DNA of 63,988 bases, filler included, from Barthelona sp. PAP020 (lineage: Eukaryota): NCBI GenBank assembly GCA_040182905.1. It is 3 parts of 3 records of this genome, joined end to end, with 100 filler letters (N's around TTAATTAATTAA, not from the genome) between each part and the next. Parts side by side here need not be neighbours in the genome. Positions count along the whole stretch, not along the records: positions 24,192 to 48,163 come from JARQWU010000162.1; positions 48,264 to 63,988 come from JARQWU010000274.1; 1 more part is not named here. The stretch is one strand, 5' to 3'. Below the pieces are notes generated by a model. It worked only from the letters and a program-made list of their open reading frames with translations. It had not been told where the DNA came from and ran no database searches. Shown piece by piece: positions 40,104 through 50,957 of the stretch. Position numbers and translations under genes: made by a program. Each line of letters opens with the position of its first letter. The stretch's first letter is position 1.

Positions 40104-43100
40104 TTACCTGCGTTTTGGATATTTTCTCTCTTTTTTAAAGGTTGTTGCTGTTTTTGAATCAGTCAACACTTTATTTTTCATTTGGGGAAAGAAAGTTGTT
40201 TTAATAACTTCATCCATAAAAGCCAAATATTGATTTACCAACGAATAAATGACCCCAATTAAACCAAATTCACGATAAAAATCATTTTCTTTATATTCTA
40301 CTAATGGATCAATAACCGTAAAAAATTGATTTATCTGAATTTGAATTTCATCTTTAAGATAAAGTCCCTCAAAGTCAATATAAAACTCTTTTTTATCGAA
40401 ATATTGCAAAGCAATTTCAAGTACCCTTGTGGAATGGTTAGGTTTACTTACAAATTCTTTTGTTTCTTTATTGTAAGTTATGTCCTCAGTAAACAATAAA
40501 AATGAAACCACTATCAAGCCAATTCTTTTCAGACATTGAATAAATTCGTTGGAACACTTTTTAACCAACTTAATAATATCATTTTCACTATCAGTTGTCT
40601 TTTTTGATGATTTCTCAACTTCCAAACTGTGATCATCGAATCCCATGTAATACTTAAGGATAATATCTTCAAACTTCTTGTGAAATTTTCCGTAAATGTC
40701 ATGTTTCTCTTCATATTCATTAAAAATCAAATCAAATAAGGTCTTAGCATAACGACTTTTGAAAGTGTAGGTTATTCCTTGAAAATCCAAACAACTCCAC
40801 AACCAATTCTGAATGAAACACTTTGAATCTTCAGGTAAAACAGGCATGATTGATGCTAATGTACGCTTCATCGCTACATTTGAAAAGGGCTTCATCCACA
40901 CAAGATCTAAAGTTTGAAGTAATTCAAGTACACATTCATCAATATACGGGTTATTATTACCACCTGGCTGTGTTAAAGCACTAGTTAATAAAGCTGCAAT
41001 ATCAGATTCAAATGGATCCAAAATCATATCAAGACAAGGTAAGCTATCAAATTCGTCATCACTTTCATCATCATTATCTTCTTCATCTTCATCCTTTTCT
41101 TCGAAAGGTGTTAAGTTGATATAGTCTTGAACTGCTATCAAAAGTTCTTGTAATATATAAGGATCTTTTGCTATTTTAGATGCACTACCATGCCAAAATA
41201 CACGGATTTCATCAGTAATCAGATAATTTTGAATTGTAAACATCAAAACAAATGTAGAAGAGGACAATTGTTTTAATAATTTATCAGCTAAGATTTGAAA
41301 AACTTCTCTTTCCAGTAAAAACTTGAATAATTGCTGATCAATCACCAATAAATCCGTTAAGATTCGGAAAAATTGATCAGCAACTTCAATTTGATTTGGA
41401 TTCATTATCTCAATATTATTAGAGGAGGTTGAAGCAAGTTGAATTGAAAAAAATATAATGATTAAATAAATAAGTTCATAGAAAAAGTCTCCAGTAATAT
41501 TGAAAAATGGTCTGTATGAATTAACCAATTTTTTATCAACATCTAAAAGACTGTTGATAAATACTTCACATACTTTTGGATCAGGCAATAATTTAAATAA
41601 AATATCAGCAATTTCTCTTAATTCTCCTTCAGAATTGGTTTTACTTACTAACAATAGTTCAATAACTAATGAAACATTTACGGGATATACTTCTTTCAAT
41701 TGGACTTCAAAAATACAAGACAATATAAATGATGGTTTTGGTAAAACCATCAATAATTTCTCTCCTTGAACTCTTTTATCAGTAAAATCTTTAATATTAT
41801 CATTTATCAACATAATAGAAACCATCAAAGCTAATAATAAACAATTTTCCATTTGTAATTCTGGCATATGTCTGTATAAAGATAATAACACTGATTTCAT
41901 ACCTTCTTGTTTAAATAATCGGATTCCATTTGCATTCATTAAAATTAAATGATGTAAAGCATTTAAAACCAAGGTTTTTAAAGGTAAAATGATGGTATTT
42001 ACCAATAAAATGTATTTCAATCCCTTGAAAATAATTTCATAAGTATCATCATCTAATTCATAATTGATAATCACCAAATCAATCCAATATAATAATTTTT
42101 CCAAAAGTTTATTCATTTCTTCTGCTTTTTTCAATTGAATCAAAGATCTAAACTTTTGAAATATTTGTATAAGAATCCAATTCAATTTTTCTTCTCTAAT
42201 TTTTTTATGAACAATTCCATATTGTAAAATATTCATTGATTGTTCAATAACATCATACAATAATAAATGAGTATTATGATTTTGACATCTATAATTACAT
42301 AAAATATCTTCAAAATGTTTAAAAAGATAATTTAACAATAAACTAATCAGATCAAATCCAAAATAATCATAAAATGCTTTAATTAGATAACTAAATTTAT
42401 CATTATTTGATTGTGATTCTGAATTATTTAATTTTAAATCATAACGATCATATATTGATATATCTAAACCTAAAGTTTGTTCATAAGGTAAAAATGGGAT
42501 AGATTTTTTATCAAAAAGATCCAAATTTGCTTCAAATAATTTAATACCAGTTTCAATAGATTCTTTAGAAGGTTGTATAACGATTGAATTAGTATTACTT
42601 AAAAGATTAAACAATTGATTTTCCATGAAGATTTTTGGATTAGTAGTATCAAAATCTAATGAAGGAATGAATTTAATTTCTCTTTCTCTTAGCAATATTT
42701 TATAAATTTGTTGTAATAATAAATAAAATTGATTGAAAATTGTTGAATTTTTAGAAAAATTATTATTATTGTTTAAAGTAATTAATTTAAAGAATAAATT
42801 AGTTATAAATAAATTTAATAAAGTTTTAGATTGATTTGTGATTAATTCTTCCATATTATTTAAAAATGTTTCAGTAAAATAAGGTAATTTACTGAAAAAC
42901 TCATTAGATTCATGTACAATTAAAAATAAAGAATCAAATAACATCCTTTGTAATAAAATACTTAAACTATTATTTATCCATCTTTTTGCTATAGATGGAT
43001 AACAACATAAAGATTCACCATTCTTTTCTCCAAAAATCTCATTGAAAAATTTCAATAATCTAGTACATTTTTGTACATTTGCTAATTTATTAAATGATAC

Positions 43101-46100
43101 AAAAAATCTATTTTGATTCAATAATTCAATTTCATCAAAATGTGCTGATATTAATCGTTTAGCAAATATATCACAATTCTTTGCAAACTTTTCAACATTT
43201 TTCGGAATACAAATTGTAAAACCAAATGTAAAACCAAATGTAAAAGTTTCATGTTCATTATCATGTTCATTATCATGTTCATTATCATGTTCTTCTTCTA
43301 CTTCCTCTTTCTCTTTTACTTCTTTTATTTCATCATCATCATCTTCTACAATAACAAAATAATCTGGACATACTTTTAAAATCTCAAAAAATACACCTAA
43401 AACAAATTCCATTTCTGTTTCTTTACCAACAATCAAATTTGATCCAATTAACAATATTTGTTGAAATAAACAAGTCAATTGAAAGTTTGTAAACTTTTCG
43501 AAATGTTTCAAAGTTTTAATAATTTTGATAAAACTTTTGATTATATTATTTTCATCATCAACATCTTTATATTTTTTTAATTCATTGAAAAATTGTAAAA
43601 TAAGTAAATCATCATCATTATCTTTGTTGTTTTGTGAGATTTTTTTGAATGTTTTAAAAATATTTAATTGAGTAAAAAAAGCATGTCTGCTTGGTGTCAA
43701 AAACACTAACATCAAATCAATTCCAATCAAAGCTAAAGTATCATTATCGTTCAACATCAATATTTCAAAAATGTCATTCAATTCTGCTAAATCATAATCT
43801 AAATACTTTAAATCAAATCTAGGTGAAAGAATAACTTCTGCTGAAATTAAATGCAAATATTTACATACATTTCGTAATTGTTTGTTGAAATCATTCATAA
43901 TTATCGATTTTGTTTTTAGATTTATATTTAAATTTGAATTCGTTGTAGTGGTTATTTCATTATTCACATTTTCTTCTTTAAAATCTTGAATATTACATAA
44001 TAAATTCAAAATTCTTAATATATTATTAAATATTCCACATTTTAAAACCTCGAGTTGATTTTCTTCACATGTTACAACTAAATTTCCAATAGCCCATGAA
44101 ACTTTATGTAAAAATGACAAAGTTTGTACATCAATATGTTCAATTTGATCTAAAATCATTTGTATGACATTAAAAACGTTTACTTGTCGAAATTTCTCTC
44201 TATGTTCACTAGATCCAACAGTTAAATTAATTATCACTCTAAAAGCTTCCATTATAACATTTTTTTTATCTTTATGTACTTTCAAAATGTTAACAATTGG
44301 TTTGAATAAATTAGATTTGCCAATTTCATTTCTATAACTACCATGATATGCAGCATTAGCAATAATTAAACAAATTCTACGAATGATTTCAGTATTTTCA
44401 TTAAATTTAGTCAATAGATTTGGTAATTCATCAAATAACCCTTTTTCAATAGTAATTTTTATATTAGCTTCACATTTAGTTATCAAATTTTCCCAACTCC
44501 ATAATATCTTTTCAATTATTTCAGCATTATCATGAATTTTCAATAGGTGTAACAATTGTTCAAAAATCCCTAATTCTCTAAAACTTTCACGTATAGGCGC
44601 TGATTCAGAAGTTAAATTCAAAATTGCTCGCAAACATTGAGTTATTATTGAATGATCAGATTCATAATAAGTTAAGATCTCCATCAAGATAGGCAAAATT
44701 TCAGTTAAATGTTGAATTTTCAAAAAATCATTCAATAGACCCGTATTTGCAATTACACAACATATATTCTTAACAATAGGTGAATCCGATCGATAAAATG
44801 AATAGATACGAGGTAAACATTCAAATAACCCTGCTTCAAGAAAACTTTTTCTTTCTAAATCGCTTACCCAAACTAGATTTGATAAAGCCCAAACACAGTT
44901 ATAGATTACTTCCCTATTTTGACATAAAGTATGTATTATTTTGCCGTTATTAGGAACTAAATGTAACCTAATCATCCATTCTGGTAACGATACAGGAGGT
45001 AACTTTACCATATCTTCCACAAGATCTAATTCAACACAGTGTTCTTCTTTTAATTCTTGTTCTTGTTCTTGTTCTTGAGTTTCATTTTCATTTATTATAT
45101 TTATTGTATTATTTATTGTGCTATTTAATGTATTTGGATGATTATTTAATAAAGAATTAACTTCTGCAACAGCATTAAGATCAAGTGCTATCAATTCGGT
45201 TAGATATAAATCAAGAATCTCACGAATTCGAACAAAAATTCCAGCATAAGAAAACAATTCTGCTATCGATGAAAATTGTCGAACCAAACCTGTTATCGTA
45301 GTTAATGCATCAGACACTTTTTCAGCATTATGTATATACATGAATAATTTAAACATACTACCACGTACTTGTGCTAAAGGTTGTGGAATATTATCTTGAC
45401 TATGACTTGAAGCATTGGCAAAAAGCATATACTTAAACCCTTCATTTTCAATTTGCAATTTCTTTAACTCAACAGTAAAAGGTGCAATAATTTCCCAAGC
45501 TCTTTTTACGTTATCATCAGTAGAAATCGTCATAGGAGGGGAACTAATGGGAGGAACATCTAAATCTTCTTCAGCAATAGTTTTTTCTTTAAATAACTCC
45601 ATTCTATTCATAACTAAACTCAAATTAGGATTTGGTAAGGCAAATTCAATGTTGTTGTCATTCAATTCTAACAACTTTTCTTTGTCTGTGGACGAAAGGT
45701 GTCCATGAATGTATTCAATCAATTGTTGATTCTGTTCTTCTAATCTAGTTGATTTCGCTCGATGAGATCGTATAATTTCCCTCAATTCATTTAATCGCTT
45801 TGATAGCAATTCACTCTGCTTGTGAGCATTATCTAACTCATCTAATTGGTCAGATAAGTTTAACATTTGTGTTTGTAGTTCTTCAACGTTAACTTCCTTC
45901 TCTTCCAACTTCTTTTGCAATGATAGTACTGTTTCTTTGTGATTCTTTAAAGAATTTTTGTGAATTTCCAGCTCTTTATTCAACTTTTTATTGTTATTAA
46001 TTTGACTTGCTAGTTGTTTTTCTAATGTCTCAATTTTTTTTCTTTGATCATTCAATTGAGCGTCTTTTTTGTTAACTTGTGTTTCTAACTTATTGACATT

Positions 46101-46961
46101 TCTTTGTAAACTCTTTATACTGCGATTTAATGTTGTTTTTTCTTTATTCAAATCTTTGGTTGTTTTTGCTAATTCAATATTTTCCGCAGAAAGATCAACA
46201 AATTTCAATTGCAATTCCTCCTTTTCTTTTTCAAAACTTTTAACATTTTCTAAATGTTTATTCTCATATTCATTCTCTCTTTCAATCATTTTCTCTTCAA
46301 ATAATTTTTTGGCGTTATCAAATCGTTCTTGAAACTCTACCTTCTCTGAAACAATCGTTTTTTCATACTTTGAACATTGTTCTTCTTTTGATTCAATGAC
46401 TTCTTTTAGTTCATCAATTTCATCAATGTATGTGTCACAGGTTGCAGAAAAATCAACATTTGCATTTTTAATATTTTTTGTCACTGAAGTCTCTTCCACA
46501 GGTTGTAATTTATCAATATCGGTCTCAGTTTCACTATAACTAGGTATTATATATTTTTGTTTTGTTTCTAATAAATCTTTTAACATGATAACATCTTGTT
46601 CTTTACGTTTTAAAGCATATTCTAAGGTGTTGATTTTTTCTTCCAAAATTTGTTTTGGTTCTTCAAAAACCTTTAAATTCAACGTTTCATATGAGTTTAG
46701 CGTTTTTTTAGTTGATGATGAATCACCATTTCTTATTGAAGATTGTACAAATAATCTACCTTGTAAAAATAACACACGATCAGTCAATAAATTAATAGAA
46801 TCTATTAGTTCAGTTTCTTTTGAATCTTTTGCATGAACAATAGAATTTAATTCACGAATTTCAATTTCTTTTTCTTCCAACTGATGTTGTAGAAAATTTA
46901 AATTCGAATTTAATGTTGATATTATTGAATCAAATTGATGATTACTCAAATTAACACTCAT
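40104..46961 (-). CDS. large protein: N-terminal coiled coil + armadillo-like repeats
   Basis: Repeats such as CVWALSNL, CLRAILNLT, SWAIGNL; likely start MSVNLS. Confidence 0.8.
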   Translation of the reverse strand: MSVNLSNHQFDSIISTLNSNLNFLQHQLEEKEIEIRELNSIVHAKDSKETELIDSINLLTDRVLFLQGRLFVQSSIRNGDSSSTKKTLNSYETLNLKVFEEPKQILEEKINTLEYALKRKEQDVIMLKDLLETKQKYIIPSYSETETDIDKLQPVEETSVTKNIKNANVDFSATCDTYIDEIDELKEVIESKEEQCSKYEKTIVSEKVEFQERFDNAKKLFEEKMIERENEYENKHLENVKSFEKEKEELQLKFVDLSAENIELAKTTKDLNKEKTTLNRSIKSLQRNVNKLETQVNKKDAQLNDQRKKIETLEKQLASQINNNKKLNKELEIHKNSLKNHKETVLSLQKKLEEKEVNVEELQTQMLNLSDQLDELDNAHKQSELLSKRLNELREIIRSHRAKSTRLEEQNQQLIEYIHGHLSSTDKEKLLELNDNNIEFALPNPNLSLVMNRMELFKEKTIAEEDLDVPPISSPPMTISTDDNVKRAWEIIAPFTVELKKLQIENEGFKYMLFANASSHSQDNIPQPLAQVRGSMFKLFMYIHNAEKVSDALTTITGLVRQFSSIAELFSYAGIFVRIREILDLYLTELIALDLNAVAEVNSLLNNHPNTLNSTINNTINIINENETQEQEQEQELKEEHCVELDLVEDMVKLPPVSLPEWMIRLHLVPNNGKIIHTLCQNREVIYNCVWALSNLVWVSDLERKSFLEAGLFECLPRIYSFYRSDSPIVKNICCVIANTGLLNDFLKIQHLTEILPILMEILTYYESDHSIITQCLRAILNLTSESAPIRESFRELGIFEQLLHLLKIHDNAEIIEKILWSWENLITKCEANIKITIEKGLFDELPNLLTKFNENTEIIRRICLIIANAAYHGSYRNEIGKSNLFKPIVNILKVHKDKKNVIMEAFRVIINLTVGSSEHREKFRQVNVFNVIQMILDQIEHIDVQTLSFLHKVSWAIGNLVVTCEENQLEVLKCGIFNNILRILNLLCNIQDFKEENVNNEITTTTNSNLNINLKTKSIIMNDFNKQLRNVCKYLHLISAEVILSPRFDLKYLDYDLAELNDIFEILMLNDNDTLALIGIDLMLVFLTPSRHAFFTQLNIFKTFKKISQNNKDNDDDLLILQFFNELKKYKDVDDENNIIKSFIKIIKTLKHFEKFTNFQLTCLFQQILLIGSNLIVGKETEMEFVLGVFFEILKVCPDYFVIVEDDDDEIKEVKEKEEVEEEHDNEHDNEHDNEHETFTFGFTFGFTICIPKNVEKFAKNCDIFAKRLISAHFDEIELLNQNRFFVSFNKLANVQKCTRLLKFFNEIFGEKNGESLCCYPSIAKRWINNSLSILLQRMLFDSLFLIVHESNEFFSKLPYFTETFLNNMEELITNQSKTLLNLFITNLFFKLITLNNNNNFSKNSTIFNQFYLLLQQIYKILLREREIKFIPSLDFDTTNPKIFMENQLFNLLSNTNSIVIQPSKESIETGIKLFEANLDLFDKKSIPFLPYEQTLGLDISIYDRYDLKLNNSESQSNNDKFSYLIKAFYDYFGFDLISLLLNYLFKHFEDILCNYRCQNHNTHLLLYDVIEQSMNILQYGIVHKKIREEKLNWILIQIFQKFRSLIQLKKAEEMNKLLEKLLYWIDLVIINYELDDDTYEIIFKGLKYILLVNTIILPLKTLVLNALHHLILMNANGIRLFKQEGMKSVLLSLYRHMPELQMENCLLLALMVSIMLINDNIKDFTDKRVQGEKLLMVLPKPSFILSCIFEVQLKEVYPVNVSLVIELLLVSKTNSEGELREIADILFKLLPDPKVCEVFINSLLDVDKKLVNSYRPFFNITGDFFYELIYLIIIFFSIQLASTSSNNIEIMNPNQIEVADQFFRILTDLLVIDQQLFKFLLEREVFQILADKLLKQLSSSTFVLMFTIQNYLITDEIRVFWHGSASKIAKDPYILQELLIAVQDYINLTPFEEKDEDEEDNDDESDDEFDSLPCLDMILDPFESDIAALLTSALTQPGGNNNPYIDECVLELLQTLDLVWMKPFSNVAMKRTLASIMPVLPEDSKCFIQNWLWSCLDFQGITYTFKSRYAKTLFDLIFNEYEEKHDIYGKFHKKFEDIILKYYMGFDDHSLEVEKSSKKTTDSENDIIKLVKKCSNEFIQCLKRIGLIVVSFLLFTEDITYNKETKEFVSKPNHSTRVLEIALQYFDKKEFYIDFEGLYLKDEIQIQINQFFTVIDPLVEYKENDFYREFGLIGVIYSLVNQYLAFMDEVIKTTFFPQMKNKVLTDSKTATTFKKERKYPKRR
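43215..43292. repeat. two adjacent 12-bp tandem repeats inside a CDS
   Basis: (TGTAAAACCAAA)x2.5 and (TCATGTTCATTA)x3.7, encoding TFGF and HDNE repeats. Confidence 0.9.
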
Positions 46962-47301
46962 AACAATTTCATCAAAGAAATAAATTGGATGAAGTTTTTT
47001 TTTTTTCACAAAGAAAAATTTTATTCTTTGTTTGTTCATTAACGACCCAAAAGATGTTTTTTTGACCTTGTACATATTTTTTTCAAAGTTCATTTATGTC
47101 CTTTTATGGTTATTTTTTTTTTTTTTCAAATATTAAATGTTTTTTGTGGGATCAATCAACAAAAAAAAAATAGAAATGACAATTTTTATAAATAATATCT
47201 TATCAATTACTCATTCTTCTTGAAAATAAAAATTACCCTGCATTTTTTGACAGAAATACTCCCTTCTTTTTGATCGAAATTTGGTTTCAACTTTTTGTTT
47301 G

Positions 47302-47973
47302 ATGTCAAATACCACTTTGACACTTCATAATTATTTCAAAAAATCAAATTTGCTCAAAAATGATATTGACAACATTTTAAAACAATTTGAAGGTTTGATA
47401 ATAGAACATAGAATTGAAAAAGATTACTTAATTCAATTAATATTACAATTTTGTAATAAATTTATGGATAGTCTAAGTAAATCTTTGATTCATTTGTGTT
47501 TTCAATTCTCATTTATCAATATCTCAAATCAGTACCCTTTATTATTTCATTATCTTTGTAATAGAATGGAAGATCCAGTACATATTCAAAATTTGACGGA
47601 AGAAATTTTGTTAAATTGTGAAAATATTTCTTCTACTAACATTGAATTATCAATCCTTTTTAATTCAGTCATTATTTTGGTGAGAAAAGCTTTATTTTTT
47701 GAATTTGAATCTTCTTATCTTCCCTTATTTTCAATAATTGACGTTATTTCAAAGAAATTTAACGCTTCTTCAATAATTCCTTGTTTAAAAAGATGCAATT
47801 CCAAAGAAATAGCAGTCATTCTTGAATATCTTGCAGATCTATTGGTAAATTCAACTAATTCTGAGCAAATTGAGAATATTTGGCTATTAATTGATGCTTT
47901 AAAAAATAGAAGCAGTCGTTCCGTTTATGAAGCTGCCATATTATCAGCTTTTGTTATGGAAACGAAAGGATAA
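47302..47973 (+). CDS. hypothetical helical protein
   Basis: 223-aa ORF divergent from the large ARM gene. Confidence 0.55.
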   Translation: MSNTTLTLHNYFKKSNLLKNDIDNILKQFEGLIIEHRIEKDYLIQLILQFCNKFMDSLSKSLIHLCFQFSFINISNQYPLLFHYLCNRMEDPVHIQNLTEEILLNCENISSTNIELSILFNSVIILVRKALFFEFESSYLPLFSIIDVISKKFNASSIIPCLKRCNSKEIAVILEYLADLLVNSTNSEQIENIWLLIDALKNRSSRSVYEAAILSAFVMETKG

Positions 47974-48163
47974 ACATTTTCTCTCTTTGTTTTTTCTTGT
48001 AATAATAAAACACGGACTTTACAACTCTATGGTTTGGGAGAAAGGAATCAACCCATGAAAGAAACGAGTAGATGTAAGGGAACCTCCACGGCTCTCAAAA
48101 TTAATAAAAAAAAAAAAAGAGAACGGCAGTTACCCAGAAATTTGACTGCCTAGCTTCTTATTC

Positions 48164-48263
48164 NNNNNNNNNNNNNNNNNNNNNNNNNNNNNNNNNNNNN
48201 NNNNNNNTTAATTAATTAANNNNNNNNNNNNNNNNNNNNNNNNNNNNNNNNNNNNNNNNNNNN
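48164..48263. other. artificial contig linker
   Basis: 44 N + TTAATTAATTAA + 44 N, identical in design to the first linker. Confidence 0.97.
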
Positions 48264-48528
48264 CACTTTCAATTTTGATATCCATTAATATCAGAAATTG
48301 CAAGAAGAAACCTTAAACACATTTATATTGTCTTTTACGTGAAATCCGTCCGCTTTGCTACGAACACTTTATCAAAAAGAAAAAGAATTTTTTTTTTATT
48401 TTTTTTTTTATTTACTCAATTAACTAACAAACCAACAAAAACAACCAAAACCAAAATTGAAAAACTCTCAACTTTTACATATAATTTTTTTCCAAAAAAA
48501 TTTCGTGTTTTTTATACACTAAATATTT

Positions 48529-49434
48529 CTAATAATGTTCAGGATTAGCATTTGCTGTATTATCATAACTGGTATTTTGTTGGCCCATATAGGAAGAATT
48601 ATGTGATTGTGCAGGTCCTTTGTTTTGATCATCATAATGACTGCTAAATGCATGATCTTCGTTTCTTTGATTATCGTAGCGATCGTTTCTTTGTGAATCT
48701 CTGTTGTCAAAACGTCTTTCGCCATATCTTCTATCATTTTCATAACGTGGACGTTCTCTTGAATATCTTCTATCGTCATCATAACGACGTTCTCTATCAT
48801 ATGAATAGTCTCTTTCTCTGTCGTTTCCATAATTACGTCTTTCATTTCCATAGTTACGTCTTTCACCATCATATGGTCTTCTCTCATTATCATAAGGTCT
48901 TTCTTCATATCTAGGACGTTCTCTACGGTAATCACCTCTATTTCCCCCTCTACGATGATCATAGTAATCTGAGTCTGAATCACGATAACGATTTTGACGA
49001 TAATTATAAGGAGCATCACCACCATATCTTTTGTTTTCACGATGCTTTCTAGTGCTTTGATCCAATTTTTCCCAAGGATGCTTTGCATAGTTGACCTCTA
49101 AGATTGAACTATTCAATTTGCCTTCTTTATGAGCTTCCATAACCTTATTGGCATTTTCAACAGATTCACATTCAATCCATCCTTGAAATTTTCTCAAACG
49201 ACGTTTCGTCAATTCAGTACCAACAATATTACTGAATTCATCAATAATTCCATGATGACTCAATTCACTGTTATATCTGACAAAAAGAACAGAATTAACT
49301 GCAAGTTGTTCGTCATCATAATTCATTGATGATGAAGAATATTGTTCAACTTGTTCATTAATATTTGTTTCGTCAGAAGCTTGTTGTTGTTGTTGTTCAT
49401 CAACAAAAACGTCAGCAGATTGTTCAGTTGACAT
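48529..49434 (-). CDS. RRM-like protein with R/D/E/Y-rich low-complexity tail
   Basis: VLFVR...QGWIECESVENANKVM...LEVNYAK followed by ERRPYD/ERRNYG repeats. Confidence 0.7.
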   Translation of the reverse strand: MSTEQSADVFVDEQQQQQASDETNINEQVEQYSSSSMNYDDEQLAVNSVLFVRYNSELSHHGIIDEFSNIVGTELTKRRLRKFQGWIECESVENANKVMEAHKEGKLNSSILEVNYAKHPWEKLDQSTRKHRENKRYGGDAPYNYRQNRYRDSDSDYYDHRRGGNRGDYRRERPRYEERPYDNERRPYDGERRNYGNERRNYGNDRERDYSYDRERRYDDDRRYSRERPRYENDRRYGERRFDNRDSQRNDRYDNQRNEDHAFSSHYDDQNKGPAQSHNSSYMGQQNTSYDNTANANPEHY

Positions 49435-49615
49435 TAATAGACAAAAAAAATGGGGATGAAAATGTTGGATTTTTGACAAAACTTTTTACCAAATTTTTCA
49501 TTCTTTATTTTTTCATGTTATTATTTTTCATAGAAGTGTTCCCAGAGCGCAACTGAAAAGATAAAAATTCAAAAAAATGAAATTTTGGAAAAAAAAAATT
49601 TTTTTTTTCTCGAAC

Positions 49616-50671
49616 ATGTTTGGTGAGGTATTTAGAGCTATTTTATTTGGTATCTTATCACTTCCTTTTTATTTTTATTGTGTTATTTGGCGGTTATTTC
49701 GTGAAATTCCTCTACTTGATGCAAAAGAAAGTGAATTGTTGTTTTATTTTTCCAGTATTATGATATTTTTGCCCATAATTGTCTCATTTATTATGTATTG
49801 GAAAAGTTCTTGTGGAAAGAAAGAGCACAAATTTTCTTCATGGATATGTTTTTTCGATTTTATACAATTGTGTTTGATTATATATGGTAATATTATTGCT
49901 ATTTGTGTTATAATCATAATAAAATTGGTTGTTTCATTTTTTACACCTACTTTCAAATTTTTAGTCAACATAAATTCAGAAGAAAGTGCAACTGATTTAA
50001 TGATACATATTTTAAGATTAAAACCTTATTTTTCATTCAGTGTTGAAGCATACCACTATGAAGACAGAGTTCGAACTGTTGAAACAAACAGAGGAATTGA
50101 GTATCAAACAGTAAGGGAAAAAATAATCACATTAAGAACAGCTGAACCTTTTAAATATCGTTATTTTAACGATTGTAGTGATCCAGTTCAGTTTAGTGTT
50201 CCACAATTTACAGATGTAATAAAAATAGACATCACTTCAGAAATACTTATTGCAGATCAACAGACAAAAGGATATTTTGATGCTCAATTTCGAGATTTTA
50301 AAAATCGATATCAATATTCAGATCAACATGTTGAATTCAAAATTGAAAAAGGGATTGTTAACTTACCAACAAATCGTGTTTTAGCATTTATTGACAAAAA
50401 TTCGAAACCTGCAGTCTTGAATGTGTTCTCATATTTGTTATTATGTGTCACTCCATATCAATGTTGTTTTGCGTTGTGGTTGGACAGAATTAGTGGAGTA
50501 GAAGAACGACATTTCATCAAACAAGTGTCTTTAGTGAATGATCTTCAGCCCAAAACCCCAGAAGGGATGATTCAATGGATTACTGATGGATCAATATTAC
50601 CTGCTATTGAAAGCACTTATCAACCCAATTTATCTTATCAACAAGATGAAACGGATTATTTATTGCCTTAG
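49616..50671 (+). CDS. TMEM151-like membrane protein
   Basis: TM helices followed by VEAYHYEDRVR...EKIIT..AEPFKY, resembling the TMEM151 core. Confidence 0.65.
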   Translation: MFGEVFRAILFGILSLPFYFYCVIWRLFREIPLLDAKESELLFYFSSIMIFLPIIVSFIMYWKSSCGKKEHKFSSWICFFDFIQLCLIIYGNIIAICVIIIIKLVVSFFTPTFKFLVNINSEESATDLMIHILRLKPYFSFSVEAYHYEDRVRTVETNRGIEYQTVREKIITLRTAEPFKYRYFNDCSDPVQFSVPQFTDVIKIDITSEILIADQQTKGYFDAQFRDFKNRYQYSDQHVEFKIEKGIVNLPTNRVLAFIDKNSKPAVLNVFSYLLLCVTPYQCCFALWLDRISGVEERHFIKQVSLVNDLQPKTPEGMIQWITDGSILPAIESTYQPNLSYQQDETDYLLP

Positions 50672-50957
50672 AAACTATTAAAATTGTGTGTAAATATATT
50701 TTTTCTATTCAAATTTGCATTTGTTTGAATACTGATTTTTTTTTTAAAGAATAAGTCTTTTCTTGGTAATAAAGAACAAAATAAAGCAATATTTCTTTCA
50801 AACCAACCTAAAGACATTAACCAAAATAAAATAACAAAATATGCAATCAGAAATAGATATTTACAAATATAAAAATATTCTTTTTCCAAACACACCTTCC
50901 AATAATGGTCAGAAAATTTGATTCAACAAATAGGATTTTTTTTTTTCAAAAGGATCA

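Noticed and set aside
48125..48153. Hairpin followed by CTAG as a Helitron 3' end
   Set aside because: CTAG overlaps the stem base instead of lying about 10 nt downstream, and is not followed by T
48519..49088. 189-aa overlapping alternative-frame ORF in the RRM gene
   Set aside because: Explained by the repetitive low-complexity coding sequence; no independent features
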